Assembly (NCBI RefSeq): GCF_001194135.2
Contig: NC_068998.1
Location: 46,670,836-46,734,835 of the forward strand
DNA from: Octopus bimaculoides
Lineage: Eukaryota
Length of the DNA: 64,000 nt
Direction: 5' to 3'
Shown here in pieces: positions 1-11,774 of this stretch. A program made the translations under genes and the position numbers. Position 1 is the first letter of the stretch. Every line of letters starts with the position of its first letter. The notes under the pieces are model-generated. The model saw nothing but the letters and a program-made list of their open reading frames with translations. It was not told where the DNA came from and ran no database searches.

Positions 1-83
<83 letters not shown>

Positions 84-902
84 TATATATACATGTAAAT
101 ATTTACATGTGTATATTACATACACACACACATATATATGAACACATACATATATATATCTAGAGATAAACATTATATATATATAATATACATACACACA
201 CAGCCATGTGTATGTGTGTGTCTTACAGTAGGAAACTTGAAAACTTGGCAGTGACTGATCTATCCCTCTCCTCTCTCCTTCTCCTCCCACTTCAGTTCAA
301 CAGCATTTTCTAAAATGGAATGGGAACATCATAAAGAAAACTAGTGCATATTTACACACACACATACACACACACACACACATACACACACACACACACC
401 AACACACCCACATGTGTGTGTGTTTATTTTTATTAAAATGGAATGATGTTTGTGTTTTAGTGAAATTAGAATTTCAAGATTCTTTAAGGTGGAATAGAAT
501 TTAACAATGAAATACCAAAACTTGACCTTTAAAAAGATTCTTTCTTTGTCCTCTCAAATACACAATCTTATTTCTGTTTTTACAACCCCTTTTTTGAACA
601 CAATATTTACCCTCAAAGACCATCATTTGATTCCTTGTTATAATCTAAATGAATATATTTCTAATTTAATGAAGGTTTATAATTAGTGCTGTGATATTTC
701 TGTATAAAATATTTCAGGAGAATGTTGTGATAATAAACAAGCATGTTACCAAAAAATGAGGAAAGAAGCATGAATTCTTTTAGAACCTGGTTCCACAGTC
801 TAATGTATTCACCCCTTTTGCATCTCCCAGTCAGCTTCTATTAATAAATAAATTGTCTGCCTGTTTGTCTACAGCATGTAGAAGCTTAGTAATGGGTCAC
901 CT

Positions 903-1165
903 TGTTTAACCAAGAGTTGCTGTTTTTAACCAATGGTTATTGCATTTAATCAAGGATTATTATATTTAACCAACGGACATCATGATTAACCAAGGCTTAT
1001 TGTGTTTAACCAGAGGTCATTTTATTTAACTGAGTGTTATCATGTTTAACCAACTGTTTTGTTTAACCCACAGTTGTCATGTTTAACAATGAGTTATGTT
1101 TAACCAAAGGCTATCACGTTTAATGAAGGGTTATCATGTTTAAAAATGGATTGTCATGTTTAAGC
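903..1165. repeat. Diverged 20-bp minisatellite, about 14 units, consensus near TTAACCAAnGGTTATCATGT
   Basis: TTAAC/TTAAT/TTAA recurs at 906, 926, 946, 966, 986, 1006, 1026, 1046, 1063, 1083, 1100, 1120, 1140 and 1160. Confidence 0.85.
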
Positions 1166-1288
1166 ATTAGGGAAAGTAATACAACCACATCAACCACAGT
1201 CTGGGCTCTGTTTGTGTAGGTGTGTCTGAATTTGTTCTGTTATAAATATGCACAGCTGTGCACATACACAAAACACTATACACTAAGG

Positions 1289-1326
<38 letters not shown>

Positions 1327-1430
1327 AAATCTTATGTATGTGTAAAGTGGCATGCACAAAATACTCAGCCGTAGAATGACTAACGTTTGCTAATTAATAA
1401 TAATGATAATGATAATAGTAATAATAATAA

Positions 1431-1655
1431 TGGTGGAGCATGTGAACAGTAAAGGTTGTGCCCATAATAATTAGTGCGTTGGGAACAGTAATCAAAGATA
1501 TAGACAAATGGTTGAAGGAGATTGGAATAGAATGCCTGGTAGAGCTCCCACAGAAAGACCACTGAAAACTTGTGGATGCCTAAGGTTACAGGTAGTAACC
1601 TGCTACCCACACAAGTTCTACCGAGAATAAGACCAAACCCAAGCCAAGCCAAAAC
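1431..1655 (+). mobile_element. 3' fragment of an RLE-type (R4/Dong-like) non-LTR retrotransposon in (TAA)n
   Basis: Translates WSM*TVKVVPIIISALGTVIKDIDKWLKEIGIECLVELPQK, the C-terminal P-I-I-x-G-A-L-G region of RLE ORFs. AAT repeats lie on both sides. Confidence 0.75.
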
Positions 1656-2487
1656 AATAATAATAGTGTGTGTGAGCATATTCTCACACTTATCTTATTT
1701 AAGTACGACAATGATCAAGACCGATAATTACTTTTCATTGTTTGTGTTTTGTTATTGTTAGAGAATTATTCTAAAGAACTGTCTAGCTTGCAATTGTTGA
1801 GTTACAGTGCCAACTTATATTAATTAGCGTAATCAGTGTAATTAAGTATTTACCTTCATGGCATTGTATCGTTGTTGATAAAAACACGTGTAGAACTAAT
1901 TATGTCAGTTTGTCCATAAGAGAAAGAGGAAAACTGAGTGTGTGTTCGGAACGTGTGTGTGTGTGTGTGTGTGCTTGGACAGGTATGTTTGTCTGTCTGT
2001 GTGTATGCATGTGTGGTTGTCTATGCGCGTGTGTGTGTTTGGACGTGTGTGTGTGTGAGATAGTAAGGGCCACTATGACAACATTACACAGACAGTGGTG
2101 ACCCCTTAACTTCATTAACCACAAGGAAAACCTGGACTCTGTACAAGAGACACAACAAAACTAGAAACTTTCCACCCTTGAAAACTATGGCACATACTAA
2201 GGCCAGTGTGACCAACAATGAAGTCCTACTGTTAGGAGTTATTGATATATTGAAGATACGGCAGTCGAAGTGCAGCTGAGAGCGTGGGGTGCATTGTATG
2301 CATTTCTGACCTTCAATTTACTGAGGCAGTTTGCTGTAAAAGGAAACTAAAAGAAGCGATTTGGTGATTGTTTAGGGATGTTTTGAAACTGGACAATATC
2401 TGAGACCCTATGTGAAGAACTGGTGAAAGATCATCACACTAAGTGGCACTCACCCATAGCCAAATGATGTAACAACTATATATCATG

Positions 2488-2570
2488 CAGTTCTATATCT
2501 AAGAGATGAGGAATTATGTACATTATTTACATTTGATGGATATTTGTCCTCAACTTGTTTGTTGTTAACT
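2488..2570. repeat. Dispersed short repeat, same family as 40481-40598
   Basis: TAAGAGATGAGGAA...TTTACATTTGAYGGATATTTGTCCTCA...TTGTTTGTTGTTAAC is shared with the 40.5-kb copy. Confidence 0.85.
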
Positions 2571-2809
2571 ATATATCAGTCACAGGCTAACTGTGGCCCA
2601 TGGAACTTTCTGGATGGCATGTCTAACTTCATGAGGAAAATAATGTTTTTGTTTTAGTAGTGAGGTTTGTCTGACAAAGAGCCATGTCTCGTGTGGCTCG
2701 CTTTTCAGAAAAGGTTCTCCATGCCTGCTATACGTGCACACTGACTACAAGAAATGAATGGAAGACAACTGATCTGCACCGCCAAAAACTAGGTACAACA
2801 ACCACCTCA

Positions 2810-3412
2810 CAACCATCATGTGTCCCACATGTCCGATAATCACAAAGTTTCATAACCTACATGTGAAACAACTATCAGCTTTCCTCCATGTACAATAGTA
2901 ATGATCAACTTACAGCTGGTCTGTATGTGCATCCCACATGTTCAGTAGTCATCAACTATGACAAGCACTGTGTATGTCCTACATGTACAATAATATCTAA
3001 CTTGGGATCACCATGTATGTACATCTTAAATGTTCAATAACCACCAACTGCCACAATCACCATGTGTGTGTTTCCTGCATGTGCGTCATCCACTAACTTA
3101 CAACTGCCATGTGTGTCCCCCACATGTACAATAACAATCAATTCAGGACCACCCTGTATGTGTATCCTACATGTTCAGTAATCACCAACTGCCACAACTA
3201 CCATGTGTGTCCTACATGTACATCATCCAGTAACTCACAACTGCCGTGTGTGTGTGTCCAACATGTACAACAACAACCAACCCTGGATCATGTATGTGTA
3301 TCCTACATGTTCAATAGCCATCAACCACCATGTCTGTGTCTCCTACATGTACAAGAGCAACTAACTCAGGATCTCCATGTATGTGTGTCCTACATGTACA
3401 GCAACATGTGGA
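2810..3412. repeat. Diverged ~46-bp minisatellite with a 3-monomer higher-order period (~136-141 bp)
   Basis: The core CCATGTRTGTGTCCTACATGT recurs throughout. The ATGTTCA variant recurs at 2938, 3030, 3171 and 3307. Confidence 0.8.
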
Positions 3413-4321
3413 TCTTGAATTGGTTCCCATGTGCATTTATGCACTCATTGTTGGAGCGTCATTGTTGGCAAGGGCAAATGGCTGAGAACAAGAAATAAGT
3501 CCATGTCTTTGCTGTATATAGTGTGTGTGTATGTGTTTTAAACCGTAGACCCTGTAGTTAATTCACTTATGTAGTTATTCTCTGTCTCTCTCACTTCACT
3601 AGGAATTGAACCAGTATTTCATGCTTCTTTACTTGCTTTCGTCCACATTTTCGTTTGCTTGACCATCTTCACGAAATAATATCCAAAAATATCACATTTA
3701 GTTCATCCCTGACCCCTCAGGCAATCCTTCTGTTTTTCTTCTTTTGTTTTCCACCTTTCATGTTTCAAAACTGTTTTCTTAAATATTGTATTTAAATTAT
3801 CCCCTTTTTAAAAATTTATAGTCTCACCCTGTGCCCTATAAAAATCACACATTTGGATTTTTTTTTACCTTTCATTACATAACACTTCAGTACACTAATT
3901 TTTTTGAAAAAGTAGTACTTTTACAATGTAAAGACTCGAAATGATTTTTTCAAAAGTTTAACCCCATAGCATATTAAACCTTCAAATTTCAAAAGTTTTA
4001 ACTATATTAACCAATAAAGACCTCAGTTAAAATATTTTCATCATTATTTCTTATGCCACCACCAAGATCTGAAACACTGACATTAAAATATTTAAAATTT
4101 ATTTTAACCTGTAATCTATACAAATTCAGAGTTCTCTAAAAATATTCCAATACTACAAACAGGAACCCAAACATTTCAGAACCAATTTTTTTTGTCCATT
4201 TTTAACCCACTTCATTAAAAATTTTTTTTTTTTTTTTTTTTTTGTATGTTATAACTGTTGACCCTGTTTGCACCACAAACCTCTTTATTATGTTTTATAT
4301 CTGCAGCATTGCAGATATACA

Positions 4322-4441
4322 TTAGTCATTGAAAAATACAGAGACTGCAGTGGAATCTTCTCAGTGACTAGGTCGCAGTTGGTACGACAAAAATTTTGAC
4401 ACTAATGAAGTTAACTGTCTCTGTGTTTTTGAGTGGCTAAA
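4322..4441. other. Fold-back element with ~24-bp terminal inverted arms (MITE relic or RNA hairpin)
   Basis: TTAGTCATTGAAAAATACAGAGAC pairs with GTCTCTGTGTTTTTGAGTGGCTAA (3 G-U, 1 mismatch). Inner complementary blocks are CTTC/GAAG, AGTG/CACT and GTCG/CGAC. Confidence 0.6.
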
Positions 4442-4770
4442 TATGTATTTTGCTTGCTGTAATAACTTTAGTTTCAACACATGGTCTTTGATCGAATCAC
4501 TTGTCTGGTTAGTGGACCTTCAAAATCAACAGAAACTGTAAACCATTATTGATTATCAGTACACACTCATTATTGATTATCAATAAAACTTCATAAATTC
4601 ATTAAATTTTCAGGAAAATTTTTTATAGAAAAAATAAAACAAAACAAAATCATCATTTGTCACCTGCCATTTATTACTTTAAGAATTCAAAGTAAAAAAC
4701 TTTTTTTTGTGTTTGTTAAATTTTAGATTGATTGATAAACCTTCATTATCAATAATAATAATAATAATTA

Positions 4771-5153
4771 CAGCACTCATTCGGTTACGACAATGTGGGT
4801 TCCAGTTGATCCGATCAACGGACCAACCTGCTTGTGAAATTAACGTGTATGTGGCTGAGCACTCCACAGACACATGTACCCTTAACATAGTTCTCGGGGC
4901 TATTCAGCATGACACAGAGTGTAACAAGGCTGACCCTTTGAAACACAGGTACAGCAGAAACAGGAAGAAAGAATGAGAGAAAGTTGTGGTGGAAGAGTAC
5001 AGCAGGGTTCGCCATCACCCCACTGCCGGAATCTTGTGGAGCTTTTAAGTGTTTTCACTCAATAAACACTCACAATGCCTGGTCTGGGAACCAAAACCAC
5101 GATCCTATGACCGCGAGTCCACTGCTCTAACCACTAGGCCATTGCACCTCCAC
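4771..5153 (-). mobile_element. tRNA-derived SINE (family C), near full length
   Basis: Head GTGGAGGTGCAATGGCCTAGTGGTTAGAGCAGTGGACTCGCGG with A/B-box-like motifs. The body is shared with 8859-8952 and 17380-17590. Confidence 0.85.
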
Positions 5154-5210
5154 AATAATAATAATAAATAATAATAATGATAATGATAACTATTATTATT
5201 ATTATTATTA

Positions 5211-5380
5211 AGGCAGCGAACTCATGGAAATGCTAGCTTAGCAGGCAAAATTCTGTTATGGTTGACTCTATCTTTCATTCCTTTGAGGTTGAGAAAGTAA
5301 GTACCAGTTGTGCACTGGGTCAATATAATTGACTTAGCTCCTCCTGCAAAATCGCTGGCCTTGTGCCAAAATGTGAAACC
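5211..5380 (+). mobile_element. tRNA-derived SINE (family A), decayed
   Basis: Shares the TAAGTACCAGTT..CACTGG core and GGCCTTGTGCC tail with the 39.4, 42.0, 47.0 and 59.4 kb copies, and is flanked by (ATT)n. Confidence 0.7.
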
Positions 5381-5476
5381 ATTATTATTATTATTATTAT
5401 TATTTGAAACAGAATTATTTAAAAAAAGAAACATTTTAACTGTTAGCTGTTATTCTTGTAGTTTCTACCTGACTAG

Positions 5477-5573
<97 letters not shown>

Positions 5574-6920
5574 TGTATGTGTGAACTGGTTGGTATATTT
5601 TTGAAAATGTTTCAAAAAATATTTTCATTTTCCTTCCTTTTGTTCTTCAGTTTTGCATTCTCTGATCCAGCAATTGTCTTCTCTTATGTTGTCCCTAACC
5701 AAGTACCCACAGTGCCACCTTGTCTCCACAACCAGGTCTCCCCAGTGTCACACTGTGTACTGTCCAGGCATTTCCTGAACCACATATATGTATACATATG
5801 TATGTATAAGCATATATATATATATTGTCATTTATCAATATGTTGACTACCTGAAGATATGGTGTACAATCTGGGTTGTATGAAACAGAACATCAGGTTT
5901 GATGGACATGTACTCGACTGCATGTATTGAGTGCACTTTTTGTGTTTTGCTGACAAGCTAGAACACATGAATGTGTGTGTGTGTGAGCGGTTGGATGAAA
6001 TTTTAAAATTTAAATCAAACATTTACAAAAACAGTTATTCTTGAGAATCATTTACCACAGATGTGTGTGTGTGTGTGTGTTAAGGAGACGAAAAAAACCC
6101 CCATCAATCTGACCTGATGTGATAAGGGAGGTAACCATTAATATCGCCAATACGAAGGGAAGTAATTTATGATAGCATAACCATCCTTTAAACTGAACAA
6201 GCATAAAAAACCCCCAAAAAACTTACCATTTCAATTATAGAAGACAGGTTACTATGTCATTAGAACTAACAGAAGGTGTTTTGGTATTGAACGGGTTATA
6301 TATATAAGTCCTTTCAATTATTTAATTGTTTACACAGTCAATTTTATTTTATGTGAAACTTACTCTTTCATTTTAGTTCTTTGTTTGGAAATAATTAAAT
6401 TATGTTTTAATGTTTTTTTGAAAACCTGTTTACATTGTTCTCGATTGTTAGTTTTGTTGTTGAAGATACTAAATCGATGTTTATTTTGTTGCCATCGTTA
6501 TCATGTTATTATTTTATAGCTTGTTAAATTGTTTTTGTCTTTGATCATTTTTTTTTTTTTTTTTAAATGCTATTTCATGAATTTTTAATTCTCTTTTGAT
6601 GCCAGTCCACCTGAGACAAACCCCTGGTTTCTGTGATACAAAATTTTCTTGTTTCAAAGCGATCTAAATTAAAACCTTAAATCTAAATTCTATGTTAATT
6701 TGTTCCAAACTCCAGTTTAATAATGAGAAAGTTATATCGCTAAATTCTTTGTTATTTTCAAAATTAATTAAAACAAATATAGTATATTTCAGCAGAAATA
6801 TTGTAACAAACAAAGGTTAGCCAGAAATATTTTGAGGTATTGTCACTTTAGTCACGTTTTGTAAGATCATCATAGAATTGTGTTTGATGGAAAGACAGTT
6901 GGATTCATATATATATATAA

Positions 6921-7032
6921 ACTCTGCCAAATCAGATTGGAGCCTGGTGTAGCCATCTGGTTCACCAGTCCTCAGTCAAATCGTCCAACCCATGCTAGCA
7001 TGGAAAGCGGACGTTAAACGATGATGATGATG
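6921..7032 (+). mobile_element. RTE-type LINE/SINE 3' tail
   Basis: Ends CCCATGCTAGCATGGAAAGCGGACGTTAAACGATGATGATGAT, with a (GAT)n tail. Related stubs lie near 8780-8815 and 15000-15025. Confidence 0.55.
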
Positions 7033-7279
7033 ATATATATATATTATGTAATGTTGGCGAAACCTGTCACACACTTACACATACATGGTTGTAAGGTTAA
7101 ATTGCGGTGGTTTTAGTTGCATTGTACTCTTTGAAGCAAGCCACACACACATTCACACACACACAGTCACTTTCTCCACACACACACATACACACACTGC
7201 TCCCCACACTCATGTATATAGCTGAAGCCATTCCTAAAGCTGACCACCCCACTATATTTCTTATTAAAGATATCCTATT

Positions 7280-7830
7280 TACTCATTCTGAAGTTGAGTT
7301 TGATACTCCACTCCAAACCATTTCATTCTAAAATTGAATCCTCCACATATACCTCTGGAGTTGAATGTTCCACTCAATACAACATTCTAGAAACAATACC
7401 TTCACTATACTTTACTCTAAATTTTAGTGCTACATTTTACTCCACTCCTCATCATTTTATTATGAATACCTCTACTCTACTCAATTATGAAGTTGAGTGC
7501 TACACCTCACTCCACTCTTCACCACTTTATTATAAGAACTATACCTTTGTTTCACTCAATTCTAAAGTGGAGTGCTACACATTTCTCCACTCTCGCTCAC
7601 CCCTTCATTATGTAAACAATACCTCCACTTTACTCTATTCTGAGGTTGAGTGCTACATTTCACTCCACTCTTCTCTACTTCATTATGAGAATTTTATCTC
7701 TACTCCATTCTGTTTTGGAGTTGAATGCTCCACTCATCACTACTTCATTGTAAGAACAATACCTCTACTCCACTTCATTCTGAAGTTGAGTGCTACATTC
7801 TACTCCACTCTTACATCATTCCTCATCAAA
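7280..7830. repeat. Diverged ~70-78-bp minisatellite; a + frame stays open (ORF 7294-7956)
   Basis: GTTGAGTGCTACA...CTCCACTC recurs, giving a peptide repeat VECY.SLHSS.LHY.N.TST.L.SE. There is no ATG start and no recognisable domain. Confidence 0.8.
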
Positions 7831-8169
7831 GAACAAAATTTCGTCAAAATACCCTCCATCCTTGCCTTCCCCTACTGTCAGGTTTTGTATTTTAACAGGG
7901 ATCCCGTCATTTTGGTTGCATTGCATTTTGTTGTTTGTTTTTGTTTATGGACCTAACCCTGTCTTTGGAAATCTCTGACGGCCAAGTGGTGAAGGTTGCA
8001 GACACCTGAGAGAGAGAGAGAGAGATGAGCAAAAAGGTGGTTCATATCATGTCACTGGCAAACATTAGATCTGTGGGCCCAGACATTTACACACACAAAC
8101 ATTTGTATACAAAGTGGGCCAGAAGTCACAAGGGAGTTTTAGTATGTAATATTTTCTTTATTTTTTTTT

Positions 8170-8213
<44 letters not shown>

Positions 8214-8595
8214 TATAGTTTATAAATAATAAATAAATAAATGTGTGCCCCGACTTTTGGTCTACTCTGTGCATTATGTATATATATATATTTATGGATA
8301 TATGTATAATTATGTATACGTATATGTCTGTATATATGTAATACACACACACTTGAAAGAATAGGTATACCATGTCCCTACGTTTCTTAAGAGGCGCTGA
8401 AAAGGGTTGGCAACAGGAGAGGCACCCTGCCGTAAAACATAGCCTAAGAAAACTCATCTACTAATCTGTAACAGCATAGAAAGCAGATGTAAAATACATA
8501 TAATGATACACACACACACACACACACGTGCACTCAGTCACACACACAAGACTTTACATTCATTAAATACATTCCTACACACCTTTTTTTAAAAA

Positions 8596-8640
<45 letters not shown>

Positions 8641-8858
8641 GTAATTATGTATGCTCTGCCTCTCTGACCAATTTAGAGACATTGAAAAGAAGCTGTGGTT
8701 TATGGTCAGTGTGTAGTGGTCTAAGTTCTTTGACCCTTAGTGTCTTTGTATTGGCTGATAGACATAAAACAGCACCCTGTTTAACGTCCACCCAACCGAT
8801 GGCTGTTCATGGGTAGGCCTAACACAACCACCCTGTTAAACACCAGACCCTAAAAACC

Positions 8859-8952
8859 CAATAAACACTCACAACGCCTAGTTTGGGAATCGAAACAGCA
8901 ATCCTATGATGGCGAGTCCGCTGCCCTAACCACTGGGCCATTGTGCCTCCAC
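8859..8952 (-). mobile_element. SINE family C, head only
   Basis: Matches 5059-5153. Confidence 0.8.
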
Positions 8953-9234
8953 TCTATTTATATAACATACACACACACACACTTATATATACATGTATAT
9001 ACATATATGAACACACACATATACACACACACACATGTACATATTCATATATATTGAACAAAACACTATATTGTCTATTTATTTATTTATGTTTGTGTTT
9101 TGTTTTTATAAAAACTCAATACGGAATATTTGATTCTTATTTGTTTAAAAACATCACACTCCACCACACATTCATTCGCACACACACACACACACACACA
9201 CATGTGCTTGTATGTGTATATATATCTGTGTATA

Positions 9235-9290
<56 letters not shown>

Positions 9291-9345
9291 TGCGTGTGTA
9301 ATGTGTGTGTATAAAGGTACATAAATATACATGCATGTGCACCTT

Positions 9346-9388
<43 letters not shown>

Positions 9389-9786
9389 ATAGATGAACAT
9401 GCATAGCTATATGTATATAAATATGGACACACTCATCTATAAAAACTATAATGAGCAATAATAATAATGATAATAGTAACAATTACAGTAATGACACATT
9501 TATTAAAAAAGTAACATTTAAAAAATAATATATATGTATGTATGTATATATATAATTAATTTAAACATAGCACCATCCCTCCATCATCCTGCCACCATGT
9601 TGCATTCAGTTCTGAACTGCAGTGTTGCATGCACGTGCTAAACCTGCATTCTATACCTGCATAAGCACTGAATTGATGATTTCCTTTCATGTGTAAATAT
9701 ACAAAATAAATAAATAAATGAAATAAAAATTAAAAATAAATATAAAATAAAATAAAAAATAACCCCAAGTGCCTCTGCACATTCTT

Positions 9787-9820
<34 letters not shown>

Positions 9821-10135
9821 ATACCTACCTACTGTAATACTAATCTGAAATCATGACTATCATCTTACCATAGTGTCATTATAGTGCTTATATGGCACTC
9901 TATCACTGAACTGTTATCATAACCCATCATTGTGCGTGTATACATATATATATATAATATATATATAAATATACACATATATATATATGTATATTATATA
10001 TACACTCACGTTTTATAACTAGATAATAAAATATGTCAAAAATTGTTCAACATTTTGTTGTGGTTTTTTTCCTTGTATGTTTTTGTTTATTTAAATTTTT
10101 GGTTTTAATTTTGCTTTGGTGTTTAACCAGAGGTG

Positions 10136-10612
10136 GAGTGGACAGGCCAGTTGGAACACATAACAGGAAGAGTGGACAGTGTCCATGATTTCTCTAGAAA
10201 TACACACAAGAAAAGTGGACAGTGCCCAGACTTCTTTTGAAGTGCAAAAAGAAGTGGAAGGCTTCCAGACTTATGTGGAAACTCAAGCAAGTGTGGACAG
10301 TGTTCAGACTTATGTGGAAGAGCAAAAGGAGTGGACAGCATGCAGACTGCTGTGGAAATGCAAATGGGAGTGGACAGTGTCCAGACTCCTGTGGAAATAC
10401 AAAACAGGAGTGGACAGCATGCAAACTTCTGTGATGTGGGCAACATCTAGACTTCTGTGGAAATGCAAATGTAAGTGGACAGCGTCCAGACTTCTAGGGA
10501 AACACAAATGGGAGTGGACAACATCCAGGCTTCTGTGGAAATGCAAATGGGAGTGGACTGCGTCCAGACTTCTATGGAAGCGTAAACAAGAATGGACAAT
10601 GCCCATATCTAA
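10136..10612. repeat. 39-bp minisatellite, about 12 units, GAGTGGACAGCGTCCAGACTTCTGTGGAAATGCAAATGG
   Basis: Directly visible tandem units. It explains the overlapping repetitive ORFs on both strands at 10123-10619. Confidence 0.9.
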
Positions 10613-10784
10613 TTTTTAAGATAATAGTTTGAGATTTGGTTGCTATTTCTTGCAGGACAAGCAGCTGCTTCATATTTTCTCTGTTATGTAACTCTGTGGA
10701 AATGAGCTTGAGACCATATGGTTACAAAATGAACTTTGTATTGCATTGATATTATCAATAATTTATCATCATATTAAGCATTTA

Positions 10785-10945
10785 AAAGCCACGCGGTAGC
10801 ATAGTCGGTAGAGCATCAGACAAACAGTCTTGGTTGTATTTAGTTGTGTTACCCTCACAGTGTGAATTCAAACCCCTCTCAGGTCACCATTGTTTTGCAG
10901 CCTTTCAGGATAAAAAAAATAAAGTACCAGTTAATTACTGGGTCC
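10785..10945 (+). mobile_element. Old SINE family A-like copy
   Basis: tRNA-like head (GGTAGCATAGTCGGTAGAGCATCAGAC) and the AAAGTACCAGTT...CTGGGTC core. Confidence 0.55.
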
Positions 10946-10974
10946 ATATTAACAAATAACTCTCTTTCTCTTAT

Positions 10975-11216
10975 GTAGTTGTATTAGCAATCAAATTCCA
11001 TATGACTGTATGAGCTGTCTACCAATCGTGCACCTGTTAGCTATCAACCACATGTGACTATGTTAGCAATTGAACTACACATGTAGCTGTGTTAGCAATC
11101 AAACAAGCATGAAATTATGTCAGCAATCAACCATACATGTGACTGTTAGCAACCAACCTCATATGTGACTAGTAATTAAACACAAACTTGGCTGTGTTAG
11201 CAACCAACCATACATG
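10975..11216. repeat. Diverged ~27-bp minisatellite (TGTTAGCAATCAACCACATGTGAC-like)
   Basis: TGTTAGCAA/TGTCAGCAA recurs at roughly 27-30 bp spacing. Confidence 0.75.
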
Positions 11217-11229
11217 ATATTCGATCTGC

Positions 11230-11405
11230 CCTATGATAAAACCAGCCAGATTCGGACTCTAACACTTACTCTACAATGTTGTTCTAAAAAATAAACATTT
11301 GCATCATAGAATCTAGAAACTATGAGATAATCCAGGATTAATTCAAAACAATGTGAATAAATAAGGGTTACATTAGACAGAGTAATCTGAATGCTAAAGG
11401 GTTAA
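11230..11405. mobile_element. Probable piggyBac-like MITE, one end visible
   Basis: Terminates in GCTAAAGGG followed by TTAA. The other end was not found. Confidence 0.35.
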
Positions 11406-11445
11406 ACCAGCCATATCCAGTCCAAACGTTCACATGCACACACAT

Positions 11446-11578
11446 GATGGGCTTCTTTCAGTTTCCGTCTATCAAATCCACTCGCAAGGTTTTGGTCGGC
11501 CAATGGCTTTAGTAGAAGACATGGTGGGACTGAACCCAGAACCACGTGGCTGGGAAGCAAAGTTGTTATCACACCATG
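11446..11578 (-). mobile_element. SINE family B, 5' part, decayed
   Basis: GGGCTTCTTTCAGTTTCCGTCTA..AAATCCACTC block shared with 25361-25523, 58180-58325 and 61229-61503. Confidence 0.8.
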
Positions 11579-11594
11579 CACACATTAATATGTA

Positions 11595-11774
11595 CCGTAT
11601 TTTAACGTGTTTAAGGAACCCGTTTTTGTCAAAAATTAGGTTAAAAAATATGGGAATTACTTATACATGGATAGTATTATAATCCCTTACAAAACCTTTT
11701 TTTACAAATTTTAAGCCCCTAAAATTAGGGGGTTCTTTTATACACGAGGGTTCCTTATACATGTTAAAATATGG
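11595..11774. mobile_element. pogo/Tigger-like MITE (180 bp) with 28-bp TIRs
   Basis: TA-CCGTATTTTAACGTGTTTAAGGAACCC ... GGGTTCCTTATACATGTTAAAATATGG. Three TIR mismatches, two of them CpG-decay type. Confidence 0.8.

Noticed and set aside
718-773. Post-acceptor peptide ECCDNKQACYQKMRKEA* with phospholipase A2-like CC-x5-CY spacing
   Set aside because: The catalytic His-Asp pair is absent (KQ instead), the match is too short, and no other exons support it.
4340-4430. SECIS or C/D snoRNA interpretation of the fold-back
   Set aside because: No correctly spaced RUGA/AA/GA motifs or box C and D pair on either strand.
7050-7072. GGC-GAAAC-CTGTC-ACAC half hammerhead
   Set aside because: No CUGANGA or helix II partner upstream; too little sequence to support.
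903-11216. Regularly spaced repeats that might suggest CRISPR arrays
   Set aside because: Inter-repeat sequences are homologous to each other rather than unique spacers, there are no cas genes, and the context is eukaryotic.
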